Virus record (IMG/VR): IMGVR_UViG_3300042465_003545
Location: 1-63,748 of that record
Reading direction: 5' to 3' (one strand)
DNA: 63,748 nucleotides
Source of the DNA: a virus
Lineage: Duplodnaviria > Caudoviricetes
How positions within the stretch are numbered: the first letter of the stretch is position 1; every line of letters begins with the position of its first letter. This document shows, piece by piece, positions 9,343 through 18,734 of this stretch. A model generated the notes under the pieces. The model ran no database searches. It saw only the letters and a program-made list of their open reading frames with translations, and was not told the origin of the DNA. A program made the position numbers and the translations under genes.

Positions 9343-9422
9343 CATTCGAGTTAGCCCACGCTAACTCGGGTGTCCTTACAGTGCACACTTGCAAGAGTGC
9401 ATTGCAAGGACACAAGTCCATA
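9343..9422 (+). repeat. 80-bp direct repeat, copy 1 (palindrome plus long imperfect stem-loop)
   Basis: Matches 9681-9760 with two mismatches. Confidence 0.9.
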
Positions 9423-9428
9423 CACAAT

Positions 9429-9671
9429 ATGAAAGTAAACACTGCTGCCACTAAGGCAAAAGAAAACGGTCGCCTCATCATTCAAGGCGAGACAAAGATC
9501 AAAGTCAATGATTGCGTGGCAACACGCGATTTCCATGCGTTCTTCCGCGTGGTGTGTCTTTGTTATGTGGGGGGACTCAAGTTCTTCTCACTTGAGAAGA
9601 TTGCCGTGCCGCCGCGCATTGTCGGGCGCATTGCCCCGTTCAGCGGCGATGAGTTGTACGTCCTGATCTAA
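9429..9671 (+). CDS. Hypothetical early protein (80 aa)
   Basis: ATG after TACACAAT; bounded by the two 80-bp repeats. Confidence 0.6.
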   Translation: MKVNTAATKAKENGRLIIQGETKIKVNDCVATRDFHAFFRVVCLCYVGGLKFFSLEKIAVPPRIVGRIAPFSGDELYVLI

Positions 9672-9680
9672 CCTCCACGA

Positions 9681-9760
9681 CATTCGAGTTAGCCCACGCT
9701 AACTCGGGTGTCCTTACAGTGCACACTCACAAGAGTGCATTGCAAGGACACAAGTCCATA
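9681..9760 (+). repeat. 80-bp direct repeat, copy 2
   Basis: Matches 9343-9422 with two mismatches. Confidence 0.9.
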
Positions 9761-9766
9761 TACATT

Positions 9767-9991
9767 ATGAATACCATAGAAATACTAGTCGTGATCGCAT
9801 CGCTATGCGGTCTTATCGTTTTGGCTTTAGCCTTTGCTCTTGCCCGCTCGGCAAGCAAGCCAATGCCCACGCCGCGAATTAAAATCAAGGCGTACGAGCC
9901 TTTCGAGAACAAGTCTATCCATCATAGACTTGCGCTCGGTCTACTTGCTCAGCCCTCCAACTCCAACAAGCGGAGGGAACACAATCGCTGA
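9767..9991 (+). CDS. Small membrane-anchored early protein
   Basis: N-terminal hydrophobic helix IEILVVIASLCGLIVLALAFALA; TACATT-ATG leader. Confidence 0.65.
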   Translation: MNTIEILVVIASLCGLIVLALAFALARSASKPMPTPRIKIKAYEPFENKSIHHRLALGLLAQPSNSNKRREHNR

Positions 9992-10036
9992 GTTAGCCTA
10001 CGCTAACTCGTAACCACTATTCAACTACAATACATT

Positions 10037-10285
10037 ATGAATACTATATTTACAATCAATCACTCATATCCTGAAGAGTTCAATCCCTACACCGAAGTTG
10101 TAGGCGTTGCCTCTACGCACGATTACGCAATAGCTATGGCTACTGCGTATGCCCTTACCAAAAGGTATAGCACACCTGAGGTGTTCCACGCCCCTGATTG
10201 GGAAGCGTTTAAGACAGAGCGGAGCAACTTCGTTTACATTGAAGAGGTAACACTCAACTGCTTCATTAACGAGCACAATCGCTGA
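10037..10285 (+). CDS. Hypothetical early protein
   Basis: 82 aa; flanked by 51-bp direct repeats (9980-10030, 10274-10324). Confidence 0.7.
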   Translation: MNTIFTINHSYPEEFNPYTEVVGVASTHDYAIAMATAYALTKRYSTPEVFHAPDWEAFKTERSNFVYIEEVTLNCFINEHNR

Positions 10286-10336
10286 GTTAGCCTACGCTAA
10301 CTCGTAACCACTATTCAACTACAACACAAATACATT

Positions 10337-10984
10337 ATGAAACAAAAGATAGATGAGTTGCTGACGCTATGCCGTCAGCTTATGAACAGCAAATGGAGCA
10401 CACCTTTGTGGTTATCCCTACGTGTTTCCCGTTACTTGGACGCGACAGCCCTGACAAAGCAGGTAATGGGTATCTTCTACACCGATGAAGAAGATGACAG
10501 GCGTGGCTTTTACTATAGTGAGATGAAACCTTTGTATGCCCGATTAGCTGAACTCAAAGGGTGTGTCCTCGACGCAATCGGCGTGGACTTACCCCTCGAA
10601 CAGGTCGAGACGGTGGTCAACTCATTCATTGAAGAGGTGAGGGGTAAGCAACTAAGCAGACAGGAGATAAAGAGTAGCCAGTATTCTACAAGACAACTAG
10701 TAGTGAGCAATAGGCTAACCTACTACTCGTTGTCGTTCTTTGTATCCGCTAAGCTGGCTGAGAGGCTAAGGCAGACAGATGAATACATCCTCATGCTGCA
10801 CACCTACCAAATGAGTGAAGACTGTGAGCTCAACGGTATCGTCGGGCGTGTAGTCAGCGACTACTTCTACACATACCGCAACTTGCGCTGTGCAACCCGT
10901 AACGGGGGCTGGAGACCGAAAGAGGTATCCTTAGTCCGAGTTCATTGTCCCCTAACCCCGCGACGCAAAACTCTCCTCCCGTAA
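10337..10984 (+). CDS. Hypothetical early protein
   Basis: 215 aa with a TACATT-ATG leader; a palindrome lies on each side. Confidence 0.65.
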   Translation: MKQKIDELLTLCRQLMNSKWSTPLWLSLRVSRYLDATALTKQVMGIFYTDEEDDRRGFYYSEMKPLYARLAELKGCVLDAIGVDLPLEQVETVVNSFIEEVRGKQLSRQEIKSSQYSTRQLVVSNRLTYYSLSFFVSAKLAERLRQTDEYILMLHTYQMSEDCELNGIVGRVVSDYFYTYRNLRCATRNGGWRPKEVSLVRVHCPLTPRRKTLLP

Positions 10985-11110
10985 GTATTGAGTTAGCCTA
11001 CGCTAACTCGTCCTTAGTATGACGTTAAAGTGCTACGCCTGACCAACGCCCTAGGTTATCCATGCAGTGATCGTATCTGCATCTTGCCCAAGCAATGGCA
11101 CATATACAAA

Positions 11111-12286
11111 ATGAATAAGTCGACAGACACAAGTAAGCTGTGCCCCCTATTGGTGGGCATCCTCAACATCCAAAACCCTAGCCAGTGTGACGCCACCAAG
11201 GCGATCACGATTGAGTATATCCTTAGCATCGTGCCCAAGGAATACTTCGTTGAAGAAGACAAGGAGGGCAACCTCCTGTTCGATAACCGTAAGCCCAAGC
11301 AACGCAAGGGGTTTGTCCCCACCATCGTTGCTCACCTCGACCAAGTCCACGACTACGCTCGTGGGTTTCATCTCGCGCTGCTAGGCGACGACAAGATCGT
11401 AGCCTACGACAGGGACGGGAGACGCGTCGGAACAGGGGGCGACGACAAGTGTGGCATCTATGTCGCACTCAAGATGCTGATGCACAGCAAGGTGTCTTGT
11501 CGGGTAATCCTTACCCAAGATGAGGAAGTCGGGTGCATCGGTGCTCGTGCTGTTCCCGCCAAGTGGGGTGATATGTCTAGCATATTACTTCAGGCAGATC
11601 GACGGGGTAACAACGACCTGATTAGTTCAACCAACGGCAACACCATTGCCAGCGATGAGTTAGTCGAACGCGTGCTCGAACTCCCTGAGTGCAAAGGTAT
11701 GAAGAAAGAGTATGGTTCAGTCACTGACGTTGGCGACCTATGCGAAGACTTCGGTCTCGCAGGGTTCAACATCAGCGCGGGGTATCATCATGCTCACATG
11801 AGCAGAGAACACATCATGTTAAGTGAGCTTAACCAATGCTACGAACGGGTGTTAGCCATAGCTAACTTGATTGGTGGCGAGCGACAAGAGTTCCCTGAGC
11901 AGACCTACTCGTATAAGAGCTACGACTACGGTGGTAACTCGAAATACGGTGGCACGTTAGCCAAAGCATACACACCAGAGGAACGCCAGCGTTGGTGGAC
12001 TGAGGGTGGATGGAAAGACGATGACTTCGACGACGACGACGACCTACCGCCTAAGAAGCCAGCGTATATCTCTACGGAAGTGTATCCCCCCGCCCCTCAG
12101 ATTACGACGGGAAAGAAGTATGTGACCGTTAGTGGTGACACTGTCGGCCCACTGCGTTTCGACCATGACCTCGGCGCCTTCGTCGAGATCATACCAAGCA
12201 AGGACGGTCTACCTCCAGACGAGTGGGATTGTTGGACACCCGACGGTCTCAGCTACACAACCCCGAACAACAACCTTAGACTTTGA
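11111..12286 (+). CDS. M28/M20-family zinc peptidase-like protein
   Basis: Metal-ligand motifs AHLD, GGDDKCG, DEEVG, QADRRG and GYHHAH; probable ATG at 11111. Confidence 0.8.
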   Translation: MNKSTDTSKLCPLLVGILNIQNPSQCDATKAITIEYILSIVPKEYFVEEDKEGNLLFDNRKPKQRKGFVPTIVAHLDQVHDYARGFHLALLGDDKIVAYDRDGRRVGTGGDDKCGIYVALKMLMHSKVSCRVILTQDEEVGCIGARAVPAKWGDMSSILLQADRRGNNDLISSTNGNTIASDELVERVLELPECKGMKKEYGSVTDVGDLCEDFGLAGFNISAGYHHAHMSREHIMLSELNQCYERVLAIANLIGGERQEFPEQTYSYKSYDYGGNSKYGGTLAKAYTPEERQRWWTEGGWKDDDFDDDDDLPPKKPAYISTEVYPPAPQITTGKKYVTVSGDTVGPLRFDHDLGAFVEIIPSKDGLPPDEWDCWTPDGLSYTTPNNNLRL

Positions 12287-12315
12287 GTTAGCGTAGGCTA
12301 ACTCGTTACAATAAT

Positions 12316-14319
12316 ATGCAACTAGTAAATACAAACGATATGCAAATCACCACAACACCACCCCTAGTCCTCCGCATTGGAGGCGTATACAGAATGAGAG
12401 ACGACCGCACTACTGGTGCGCTCGTTGAGAATGACAATGAAGTGTTCCCCTTCAGGAACCCTGATAGCAGCGCAAGCTACATGACCGACGGTAGCTTCTA
12501 CTCAGGGTCTGTCCCCTGTGGCTTAGACATCGTCGCAGAGGTAGAGCTCGACGTAGTAGAGACACCCCCCGAACCATTTGCCCTGCGCGAAGGTGGCTAC
12601 TACCGTAACCGCAGTGGTGACGTAGTCGGTCCGATTATACGGAGGACACTGATGGGCACGTCTTACCCATGGATACACAATGGGCTGACGTATACGGACG
12701 GCGGTAAGTTCGACAATAGTTCTAACGGTAGCTTTGAAGACCTTGTGTCTGAGATCGATGCCCCCATCATTATGCCCCCTATCCCTGAGCCTGCGGCAAC
12801 CCCACAGGTAGGGGAGTTCTGGAGGCTACGCAACGGACAAGCCGCGCTAGTGCGGTGCAACCGTCACTCGAGCGGCTACCCGCTCATGTGCACGGTGTTC
12901 CGAAACGGAAGTGTATTCGTCGAGACGTACACTCGACGGGGCACGGTATCAACTAACGGCAGCGTTAGTGAACTAGACATGACCGAGTTACTACCTGATG
13001 GTGTTGACTACTGCGCCATGCCCGAACTACCAGCGGGTTACTCTGAGTGGTATTCTATGGGTAGTTCGGCACTCGTTGCTCACTTACCTACACAGGTCGA
13101 GCCTTGGTGCACGAGCCTTGGGGTTGACCAACCCTACGCCCTAGTTACGCAGGGCTTCTGCAACCATAAACTCTACCATGAGTTGTTCATCGCGCTGCCT
13201 ATGAGGGCAGACGAGAACGATGTAACGTCACTCAAGCGTGCCGCTAGCATCAAGGCATGTGGTAAGTATTCACAACACCTAGCTCTGGATACCCACCCAC
13301 TTGTAACGGATATGATAGAAGAGCTACGCCTTGGTGACGAGATACTCAGCGCGTGCTACAAGAATGACCAAGAGGCATACGTGCTTCGGTTCAAGGACGG
13401 TATCCACACCATGATGACCATGCGCTATGCCAAGGTATTCAAACTGCTGCGCCCCGACGCTACTGACGACGAGGTGCGTAAGTTTACACGGCGCATGGAC
13501 AGTGCGATCAAGGGTAACCCCGACGTCGTCATCGAGTGGAGCACGGTATCCGATACCTATTGCACACCGATGGAGGGCTGGTGCAGTAGCAGACCCAGCA
13601 ACGCGGTCACTGGTTCTTGCATGGAGAAATTCTGTGAGGACGCCCACGAGGTGTTCGAGCTATATGATATTCTCGAACGTGGGGGGCACCTACAAATGCT
13701 AAAGATAACTATCGATGATGACTACGTCGGTCGCGTCATCTGTTGGAAGCGCTACCAGTCTACAGATGAGTGGGTGATGGATAGAGTCTATTGCCGTGAG
13801 AGTCGTGGCGAGATACCGCCAGCAGTATTCACAGCGCTGCTTAAGTTTGCGCAAGCTAACAGGATCACGAAGCGCACACATGCCTGTAGAACTCCTGATA
13901 TGGAACACATATCGATGAGGAACATACACGTCAGCGGTCTCGACGAGCTCAGCCACTACCCCTACATGGACACCTTCGAGGGTGTATCACCTAGTGGTTT
14001 GATGGTAGACCATTGTGACTGCACGATCACGTGCAAGAATACTGACGGCACGGGAGAAGAGTGCGAGGAAGATAACACAGTCGAGGTTCGCGGTGGTGGT
14101 TACTACGAGCAGGACGAGTGCACTTGGTCTGATTTCTACGACGAGTGGGTTCGCGACGAGGACGTGCAAGAAGACTACCTCGGTCGGGTTCTGCATCGAG
14201 ATGATGTAGTAGCCTTAGGTGAAGATGAAGACATGTATGCCCACGAAGACGATGTCATCAGCGTCAAGTTACCAAACGGACGCGGCGGGTTCACTTCATT
14301 CTACGCTCTTGAAGACTAA
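12316..14319 (+). CDS. Multidomain protein: three N-terminal repeats plus a 'GSCM...DRVY...YPYMD' domain and acidic C-terminal repeats
   Basis: 667 aa; repeats GGVYRMRD, GGYYRNRSG and GEFWRLRNG; paralogous to 14325-16019. Confidence 0.8.
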   Translation: MQLVNTNDMQITTTPPLVLRIGGVYRMRDDRTTGALVENDNEVFPFRNPDSSASYMTDGSFYSGSVPCGLDIVAEVELDVVETPPEPFALREGGYYRNRSGDVVGPIIRRTLMGTSYPWIHNGLTYTDGGKFDNSSNGSFEDLVSEIDAPIIMPPIPEPAATPQVGEFWRLRNGQAALVRCNRHSSGYPLMCTVFRNGSVFVETYTRRGTVSTNGSVSELDMTELLPDGVDYCAMPELPAGYSEWYSMGSSALVAHLPTQVEPWCTSLGVDQPYALVTQGFCNHKLYHELFIALPMRADENDVTSLKRAASIKACGKYSQHLALDTHPLVTDMIEELRLGDEILSACYKNDQEAYVLRFKDGIHTMMTMRYAKVFKLLRPDATDDEVRKFTRRMDSAIKGNPDVVIEWSTVSDTYCTPMEGWCSSRPSNAVTGSCMEKFCEDAHEVFELYDILERGGHLQMLKITIDDDYVGRVICWKRYQSTDEWVMDRVYCRESRGEIPPAVFTALLKFAQANRITKRTHACRTPDMEHISMRNIHVSGLDELSHYPYMDTFEGVSPSGLMVDHCDCTITCKNTDGTGEECEEDNTVEVRGGGYYEQDECTWSDFYDEWVRDEDVQEDYLGRVLHRDDVVALGEDEDMYAHEDDVISVKLPNGRGGFTSFYALED

Positions 14320-14324
14320 TTTAC

Positions 14325-16019
14325 ATGGAGACAAACACGATAACAACATATACAACAAACATTATGCCAACGAATACAATAGACATAGACACAGCAGGAT
14401 TCCCACAACTACCCGATGGTTACACATCGTGGCTATACTTAGGGAAGGCAGTTCATAAGAAATACAAAGCGCCGTGGGTTTACCGCGCCACCTTAAGCAC
14501 AACTTGGGGTGTAATCAAATCGAATAATCAGGCACTCAGTGGGTGTGACGGCGAATACCTCGAAGCCATTCCTGCACCCTGTATTGGAGACCCGCTTACG
14601 GTAGACGATATGAAGCTCAACGCATCTGAACGGGATTATGCTAGGTGGTGGACTCATCGCAGTGCCTCGGCTAGGCAGCACCAAGCAGTGCAGAGGTTCC
14701 TAGATAATACGATTGGCACTACGGCATCGATTCGTGCCACGTATTACTCGGATACTGAAGCCTTAGTCCTGACTAAGGATACCTACTACAGGTGTCAGAC
14801 AATGCGATACGCAAGAGCTTTCTCCTTAGCGAACAGCACCACTGTTGACGCTGAGCTACGCGACTTCACACGCCAACTTGATACTGTAATCAGTGGCGCG
14901 CCCAACGTGGGAGTATCGTGGTCAACCGTTAACAATACCTACTGCACACCAATGGCAGGGTATGATATGGACGAAAGTGATGAACCTGAATCAATCACTG
15001 GTTCTTGCATGGAGAAATTCTGCGACGAAAACTACGACGACATAGGGCACGGTGTGTTCGACGTTTACTTCAAACTCGAACGACTTGGTCACCTCAAGAT
15101 GATACGTATCAAGATCGACGATGAGTATGTGGGACGCGCCATATGTTGGAAGCCTGACCTTAGTCAGAACACGTGGATTATGGATAGGATTTACTGTCGT
15201 ATGGATCGCGGCTGTATGCCTGACGAGGTGATCACATCGGTCGAGGAGTTTGCAGCGGCTAACAGTATCACTAGAAGATTCCACAAGTGCCGCGCCCACG
15301 CACTGCGTAGCATAACACCATCTCGGTTCAATGTAGCAGGGCTAGCAGAGTTCGATTTCTACCCGTTCTTTGACTCCTATGCTGGTGTGTCTAGTCGTGG
15401 GGTTGAAGATGACGCGGGCTACTGCTCCATTGTGTGTGACTCACCAAGCGGGGGCTACTCAAGCGGTAACGACGATGACCATGCTGACGAGAATAGTGAT
15501 GACGATGATGAGAACTACATCCCGCCAGTTTGGTCACCCCCTGCTGAGGTTAGAGTTAATGTGTTTGCGCGGGGTGACACTTACCCTGTATCCCACACGA
15601 CATACTCAGAATACCATTCAACGTATGTGCACAACGACGATGCTGTTGAATTATACGATGGGCGTGTAGTGCACAGACGTGTCGCTGTGGATGTGGGGAC
15701 GAACTGCTTACGGTATGCGCTAGTTTCTGACGCTGTAGAGATACGACGATTCAACCCTAATGGCACAACTGAGATAGTCGTAGCACTACGCAACGACGCC
15801 TACGTTAGTCCTGAGGTTGACCCTTACTTGGAACCCGAACCGTGGTCAGACCCCACTGCTCCCACGATTAGCTCAATACTGAGCGCGAACGAGGCAATAC
15901 TTACTGAGTTGTGGCGTCCTATTTTCACATCCATACCACCCATCGATGATTACATTGACCGTGTCCCTCCATTCCCACCGACTCCTAGACCCAACCACCA
16001 CTGGGATACCGAGGTGTAG
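14325..16019 (+). CDS. Paralog of the preceding 'GSCM' domain protein
   Basis: Shares PQLPDGYTSW, TMRYA, TYCTPM, TGSCMEKFC, IDDEYVGRAICWK, MDRIYCR and YPFFD with it. Confidence 0.8.
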   Translation: METNTITTYTTNIMPTNTIDIDTAGFPQLPDGYTSWLYLGKAVHKKYKAPWVYRATLSTTWGVIKSNNQALSGCDGEYLEAIPAPCIGDPLTVDDMKLNASERDYARWWTHRSASARQHQAVQRFLDNTIGTTASIRATYYSDTEALVLTKDTYYRCQTMRYARAFSLANSTTVDAELRDFTRQLDTVISGAPNVGVSWSTVNNTYCTPMAGYDMDESDEPESITGSCMEKFCDENYDDIGHGVFDVYFKLERLGHLKMIRIKIDDEYVGRAICWKPDLSQNTWIMDRIYCRMDRGCMPDEVITSVEEFAAANSITRRFHKCRAHALRSITPSRFNVAGLAEFDFYPFFDSYAGVSSRGVEDDAGYCSIVCDSPSGGYSSGNDDDHADENSDDDDENYIPPVWSPPAEVRVNVFARGDTYPVSHTTYSEYHSTYVHNDDAVELYDGRVVHRRVAVDVGTNCLRYALVSDAVEIRRFNPNGTTEIVVALRNDAYVSPEVDPYLEPEPWSDPTAPTISSILSANEAILTELWRPIFTSIPPIDDYIDRVPPFPPTPRPNHHWDTEV

Positions 16020-16230
16020 GAGCGGACATCGCTGGATTGTTCGCGTGTATCCCTATTAGTGACATTGGTTCAACACGCGCTTTCTGGGTCGTGGGCACCC
16101 GTAGTCTTAGAGTAGATAGTATGGCTTACTTGGAACTCGTATCCGATACCCATGCCTGAATAAACAATCTGAATCCTGTATCCCCCAACAGGATTCCTTA
16201 ATGCAAATGAATACAAACTGAATATACAAT

Positions 16231-17295
16231 ATGAACATAAGTACAAAAGAAGTGCTCCCTATCGCGGAGCTTACGTTCCACACCAATCGTTGCCTCTTCA
16301 TCAAGGGACAAGGCGGGGGTGGTAAGACATCGATTGCTTGCAACATCATCGGACCAGCATTGGGACGAGAGGTATGGCTAGTCAACCTCAGTGGTCAGGG
16401 ACCACAAGAGGTAATCGGATACGGGTTGCCCCAGCCTAACGGGGACATGCTCTTCAGCGCGCCATGTATTTGGCCGACAGAAGCGCGTGTTGGTAATCGT
16501 CCTGTGCTACTCATCCTCGATGAGTTTCCAGACTACGACTCCGATGTCCGCGCACTACTGCGTGGTGTGTTCCCTGCATCGGGAGCCCGATACGTTGGAC
16601 CACACAAGCTAGGTTCAGACGTAGCTATCATCCTCACGGGCAACCGTAAGGTTGACGGGGCGAAGGGCGCGGTAGAGGAAGCACCATTCACTGAGCGCTG
16701 CGTCAACGTGGTGCTTACTCCTACAGTGGATGACTGGCTCGCCTACTACGGCACGCAACCAGCGCTGGTGAACTCACAGTCGTTCGTCCCCTCGTTCCTC
16801 ACTTACGGTGCGGCTCAGGGTAACAAGGGTGTGGATCACTTCAACCCACCGATTGTCAGTCCCTACCTTGGCGAGGCGCACCCGTGCCCTCGCACATGGG
16901 AGGCTGTGGTTCTTGCTGAGCACGCTCGCAAGAGTCAGCCAGCAATCTACCGTGCGCTGGTCACGGGTTCGGTCGGACGGTTCGCGGCTAACGCTTACTT
17001 CGGGTTCCTCGAACACGTCGATCGATTGCCCGACATCCAAGCTATCAAGCGCGGGGACCACTACGTAATACCCACTGATCCTGCTGGTCAGTTTGCGCTA
17101 GCTAACGCCTGTGTGAACTTCATTAAGGTAGGAGCCGACGCGGCTATTGACCTAGCTGCTGGACACTTCGATTGGTTCGTTGACCTACTGCTCCAACTGC
17201 GCGGAGACATCCGCATGTTTGCTGCCGTGGCTCTGACAAACCGTGGCGTCCCCCTTGACAACCATCCTAAATCCCACGACCTCATCACCCTGTAA
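16231..17295 (+). CDS. MoxR-like AAA+ ATPase
   Basis: Walker A GQGGGGKT, Walker B LLILDE, sensor TGN and PCPRTWE. Confidence 0.85.
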   Translation: MNISTKEVLPIAELTFHTNRCLFIKGQGGGGKTSIACNIIGPALGREVWLVNLSGQGPQEVIGYGLPQPNGDMLFSAPCIWPTEARVGNRPVLLILDEFPDYDSDVRALLRGVFPASGARYVGPHKLGSDVAIILTGNRKVDGAKGAVEEAPFTERCVNVVLTPTVDDWLAYYGTQPALVNSQSFVPSFLTYGAAQGNKGVDHFNPPIVSPYLGEAHPCPRTWEAVVLAEHARKSQPAIYRALVTGSVGRFAANAYFGFLEHVDRLPDIQAIKRGDHYVIPTDPAGQFALANACVNFIKVGADAAIDLAAGHFDWFVDLLLQLRGDIRMFAAVALTNRGVPLDNHPKSHDLITL

Positions 17296-17307
17296 CCACA
17301 AACACAT

Positions 17308-17508
17308 ATGCCAAAGAAAACAAGCACCACACCAAAACTGACAGTCCCCGTAGCCAACTTATCTTCGCTGAAGATGGTGTCGGGAGGAGAGAAGAAGCAT
17401 CCTGTTGTCATCCATAACGGCTACGTAAAAACGTGGGTCGGATTTGGGTGGGTGACAGGACGCAAGGCCACAAAGAAAGACACTGAAACAATACCCACTG
17501 CGGTCTAA
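17308..17508 (+). CDS. Small hypothetical protein flanked by 19-bp direct repeats
   Basis: 66 aa (KTWVGFGWV); TAACCACAAACACATATGC occurs at 17293 and 17506. Confidence 0.7.
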   Translation: MPKKTSTTPKLTVPVANLSSLKMVSGGEKKHPVVIHNGYVKTWVGFGWVTGRKATKKDTETIPTAV

Positions 17509-17520
17509 CCACAAACACAT

Positions 17521-18384
17521 ATGCAAAATAAAACAGAACAGGCTAACAGCCTCATCATGGTATACTACAACACCACAGCACCCCGCACTACGGTCTTGAA
17601 TCGCAGTGCCACAGGGCGTATCCTCACTCGTGCCGCTGCTGCCAAGCACTCGGCTCGGGTCTACAACACAATCCTCAACACTCGCGGCACTGCCGTGGGT
17701 CGTGCGGTCAGCTTGCAGAACTCACTCGGTGAGTCTATCCGCAAGCATTGTCTGCCCTGCCCAGTCGGAGGTTACTACGCTAGGCTGCGCGACATTACCC
17801 TCGTTCAGAACTTGTTCGACGACGCGAGCATACTCCTCGAAGACATCAAGGATGACATCCTTCGTGAGTATCCTAACATCATCGGGCGTGTTCGCTCTGA
17901 CCTTGGTATGTTTGCCGACGAGGTAGACATCCCCAGTGCTACGGAAGTTGCGAGTAAGTTTACTATCTCGTTGCGCTACATCAATGCCCCCGTCCCCATC
18001 ACGGGTGTCCTGAAAGGACTCTCCTCTGAGGTGTCCAACCGTGTCAAGGCTGAGTCTCGCTCGGCAGTTGACGAGATGCTACGTGCAGCGCACGCGGGTC
18101 CTCTCGCTGACTTACGGCGTGTGCTTACTGAGGTTGCTGACAAACTGCGTAACGCGGAAAGGCTACACCTTAGTCAGTTCAACAACCTCGCTTTCGAGAT
18201 CGAGCGCGTCAGCAAACTCAACGTCCTTGATATACCCGAGGTCAACGATGTAGTCACCGCGGCTAACGACATCATCAAGATGAAACAGGAGAACATGACT
18301 CAAGCCGAAAGGGTAGAGGTAGCCATCAATGCTGAGTCTGTTGTCACCATCGCTAACCAAACCATTGCAGCACTAGGATTATGA
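17521..18384 (+). CDS. DUF3150-like helical protein of the ATPase/vWA module
   Basis: 287 aa (YPNII...DIPSATEVASKF); located between the ATPase and vWA genes. Confidence 0.55.
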   Translation: MQNKTEQANSLIMVYYNTTAPRTTVLNRSATGRILTRAAAAKHSARVYNTILNTRGTAVGRAVSLQNSLGESIRKHCLPCPVGGYYARLRDITLVQNLFDDASILLEDIKDDILREYPNIIGRVRSDLGMFADEVDIPSATEVASKFTISLRYINAPVPITGVLKGLSSEVSNRVKAESRSAVDEMLRAAHAGPLADLRRVLTEVADKLRNAERLHLSQFNNLAFEIERVSKLNVLDIPEVNDVVTAANDIIKMKQENMTQAERVEVAINAESVVTIANQTIAALGL

Positions 18385-18734
18385 ACAAAGTATTACAACG
18401 AATAGCAATAGCAGAATCACAAGGATGGAAGCATGACATATGTAATGTCGGCAAGCACGGCACGAAGATGAGTGGGTGGTGGATGCCCTGTGGTTCGTTC
18501 ACTACGGACATAAACATGATGCCCGATTATGGCAATGACCTCAACGCGTGCGATAACTTAATCAACCACATGCAGACCCTCGGGTTTGACTGTGTGCTAA
18601 TAGCAGAGGGACCCGCACGCTGCTGCACCTTCATTAGCCAAGAGAGGGATGTTGAGTTCAAAGTAATCAGTGGCCGCTTCACACATTCAATCTGTGAGTC
18701 GTTCCTGAAAACCCTTAACCTATGGATACCATGA
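18381..18734 (+). CDS. Small phage protein, paralog of 42320-42664
   Basis: QRIAIAE.QGW...PDY.NDLNA...FLKTL.LW shared with 42320-42664. Confidence 0.75.
   Translation: MNKVLQRIAIAESQGWKHDICNVGKHGTKMSGWWMPCGSFTTDINMMPDYGNDLNACDNLINHMQTLGFDCVLIAEGPARCCTFISQERDVEFKVISGRFTHSICESFLKTLNLWIP

Larger units (their letters stand above)
8689..12304. repeat. Eight intergenic copies of the palindrome GAGTTAGC-N4-GCTAACTC
   Basis: Copies start at 8689 (imperfect), 9307 (imperfect), 9348, 9686, 9990, 10284, 10990 and 12285. Confidence 0.95.

Noticed and set aside
8689-12304. Palindrome series as a CRISPR array
   Set aside because: Spacing is irregular (41 bp to 1.3 kb), most intervals hold whole genes, and there is no cas operon. 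The Cas4-like nuclease lies in the replication module.
8689-12304. Palindromes as attC sites or intrinsic terminators
   Set aside because: They are only 20 bp, with GTT before AAC, no L boxes, no unpaired bases and no U tract.
13607-15022. Paralog identity or other repeats as a diversity-generating retroelement
   Set aside because: I recognised no reverse transcriptase and no adenine-specific mismatch pattern between repeat copies.
16020-16230. Intergenic region as a tRNA or structured ncRNA
   Set aside because: Only short imperfect stems are present, with no cloverleaf or T-loop consensus.
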